A stretch of 64,000 nt of DNA from Raillietiella orientalis. Its lineage: Eukaryota. Every line of letters begins with the position of its first letter. Within the stretch, counting starts at the first letter, position 1. Shown one piece after another: positions 62,357 through 64,000 of the stretch. The stretch spans positions 3,472,001 to 3,536,000 of the forward strand of contig JAYWIR010000006.1 of the NCBI GenBank assembly GCA_036172245.1, read 5' to 3'. The notes beneath the pieces are model-generated. The model saw nothing but the letters and a program-made list of their open reading frames with translations, was not told the DNA's origin and did not search any database. A program made the translations under genes and the position numbers.

Positions 62357-62880
62357 TGTTGTCTCCTCCGTACATCCTCTCGACGAGGTGTCGGCACAAG
62401 GGAAGCCATGAATCGCACAGCAACGGAGCACGGAAGAAGGACGGAATTCCGCCTCTCTCGAATCTCAAAAAGCCGTCGCAATGATAAGGAAGTGAAATTT
62501 AGCAGGCGGATATTTGGCGTCTTGGGCTTGTTTCGATCTTAGCATCCCTGTGTCCACGAGATGCCATGGCGATAGTACTGATGAGAAAATGTGCGAAAAC
62601 TTCCCACTTCATCCAAAGAGCGGTGATTTGCTTTTGTTTTTTTCTTTTTCCCTGTACACTTGCGAACAGCTTTTGAATGAGATCTGAAATCGATGCGGGA
62701 GTGAAAAGTGCTTCACCCAAGTCCAGTCTTCACTGATCTCAACGTTGATGACCATCCTTTAGGCTGGAACTCTCTATTGAAATGCGTAGTGATTGAAATC
62801 TAAGGAGCTCTAAATGGAACGGCCAAGCAATAGATTATTAAACAAGAGAGCCTGCGCGAAAATGATTATAAATGCTACTT

Positions 62881-63150
62881 TCAAGAAATGACACGTCCAT
62901 GACGAGAAGCAACCCTAGCGTGTAATAACCAACCCTTTACCTTCTTCGTCATCTGTCGCATCTTGAGAAGGAAAGCCTTTCTTTCACGCAGTCTTTTGTC
63001 AAATGATAAGGAGAGCGAAAAGGTCAAAAACCAAAGGTCTCCGGACAACAACACTGATGGGATGGAACCAACCAATCAGGGCAACATGAATAATCTGTAG
63101 TTGCTGATGCTGTATGAACCGAAAAGCGAAATCTTCCTGCTGTGCAAGCT
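62881..63150 (-). mobile_element. Mariner-like transposase C-terminal fossil
   Basis: SIPSVLLSGDLWFLTFSLSLSFDKRLRERKAF...MTKKVKGWL matches hPPYSPDL.P.DF.LF..L+..LrG++F....++..V..WL. Confidence 0.5.
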
Positions 63151-64000
63151 CTGAGAAAAAAATAGGGCCTTTTTCAGTTTATTGCTTTGCCCCCCAAGGC
63201 ACAAACGACACCTAAAAGAAATGCTCTAAAAACACATCAGTGAATTAAGAGCTACACAACGGAAAGCTGATAACAAATGACAGCAAACAAAAACAAGGAG
63301 TGTAGTTGATTATTCTACGATGCTTGGAGTATCCAAAAGAGATTTTATGTAGTCCTTTCTTTCCTTTTTTGCCTTTCCTCCTGAATATCACTGGGGAAAA
63401 TATCTGTAAAGTGTTTGTTTATTCCACCGTGTGCATTCGATAACGGATTTGATAGCACCGTAAGCGTCCGTGGGCAAGAGGAAAGGCTTAGATATAAGGA
63501 AGTCGGAAGGGACTCCTTCCCATGCAGCACCTGCATTTGAATTGCCTCCTAAAAAGGTATATTTGACATTTGGGGAAAGCATATTTAATAACCCCAGGAA
63601 ATGGTTTTTTTTTTTGTGTGTGTGTTCGGTAGCCTAGCCTGGGCTGCTGCAAAAAAGGCGCTTGATAACCGAGAGATCGATGCTTCATTTAGCTCGATGT
63701 TCCATTTCTTAGTGGAGACTCTGACCAGGAGAGGATTTTACGAATATACAAATCCATGGTGGACGTGTATGTATTTGATCTGCTCTATTGATTTGGAACC
63801 ACATGCTTGTTATGTGTCAGAGAAGAAACGCACGAGGGTTTGGACTTCTTGAAAAATCGGCTGCCTACTCTAAACCTACGCAACCAGTCGATGCATCCAC
63901 TTCTTCTATTGACCTGTAAATTGAGAGGGTTCGTTCACTCTGACGCTGAGTGGATGTTTCACCATTTATGATATCAATCTGAGATTCAGAAGTTTTATCA

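Overview
This is eukaryotic, animal-like (probably arthropod) genomic DNA, not a prokaryotic region. Almost the whole window looks intronic. Three in-frame, canonical GT-AG exons on the minus strand (24249-24471, 14937-15101, 9003-9083) splice into 156 aa of an F-BAR/FCH-type helical domain. From memory it resembles arthropod F-BAR + SH2 'EGFR adapter protein-like' proteins; this needs a search. The exons are separated by introns of 9147 and 5853 nt, and no flanking exon was found in the remaining ~9 kb and ~39.5 kb. The introns hold many heavily frameshifted transposon fossils: several Tx1/L1-like LINEs, RTE-like and CR1/L2-like LINE pieces, Tc1/mariner pieces, a DIRS-like tyrosine recombinase and a MULE-like MITE. 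There are also four copies of a ~0.75 kb tRNA-derived SINE with a doubled B-box head. The most interesting observations are a candidate recursive splice site (zero-length exon) or alternative start exon at 29805, the SINE family and its nesting inside Tx1-like LINEs, a 50-bp RNA hairpin and an 18-bp perfect hairpin. All TE calls come from motifs read by eye in degenerate sequence, so boundaries are approximate. No intact novel multi-gene system was found.
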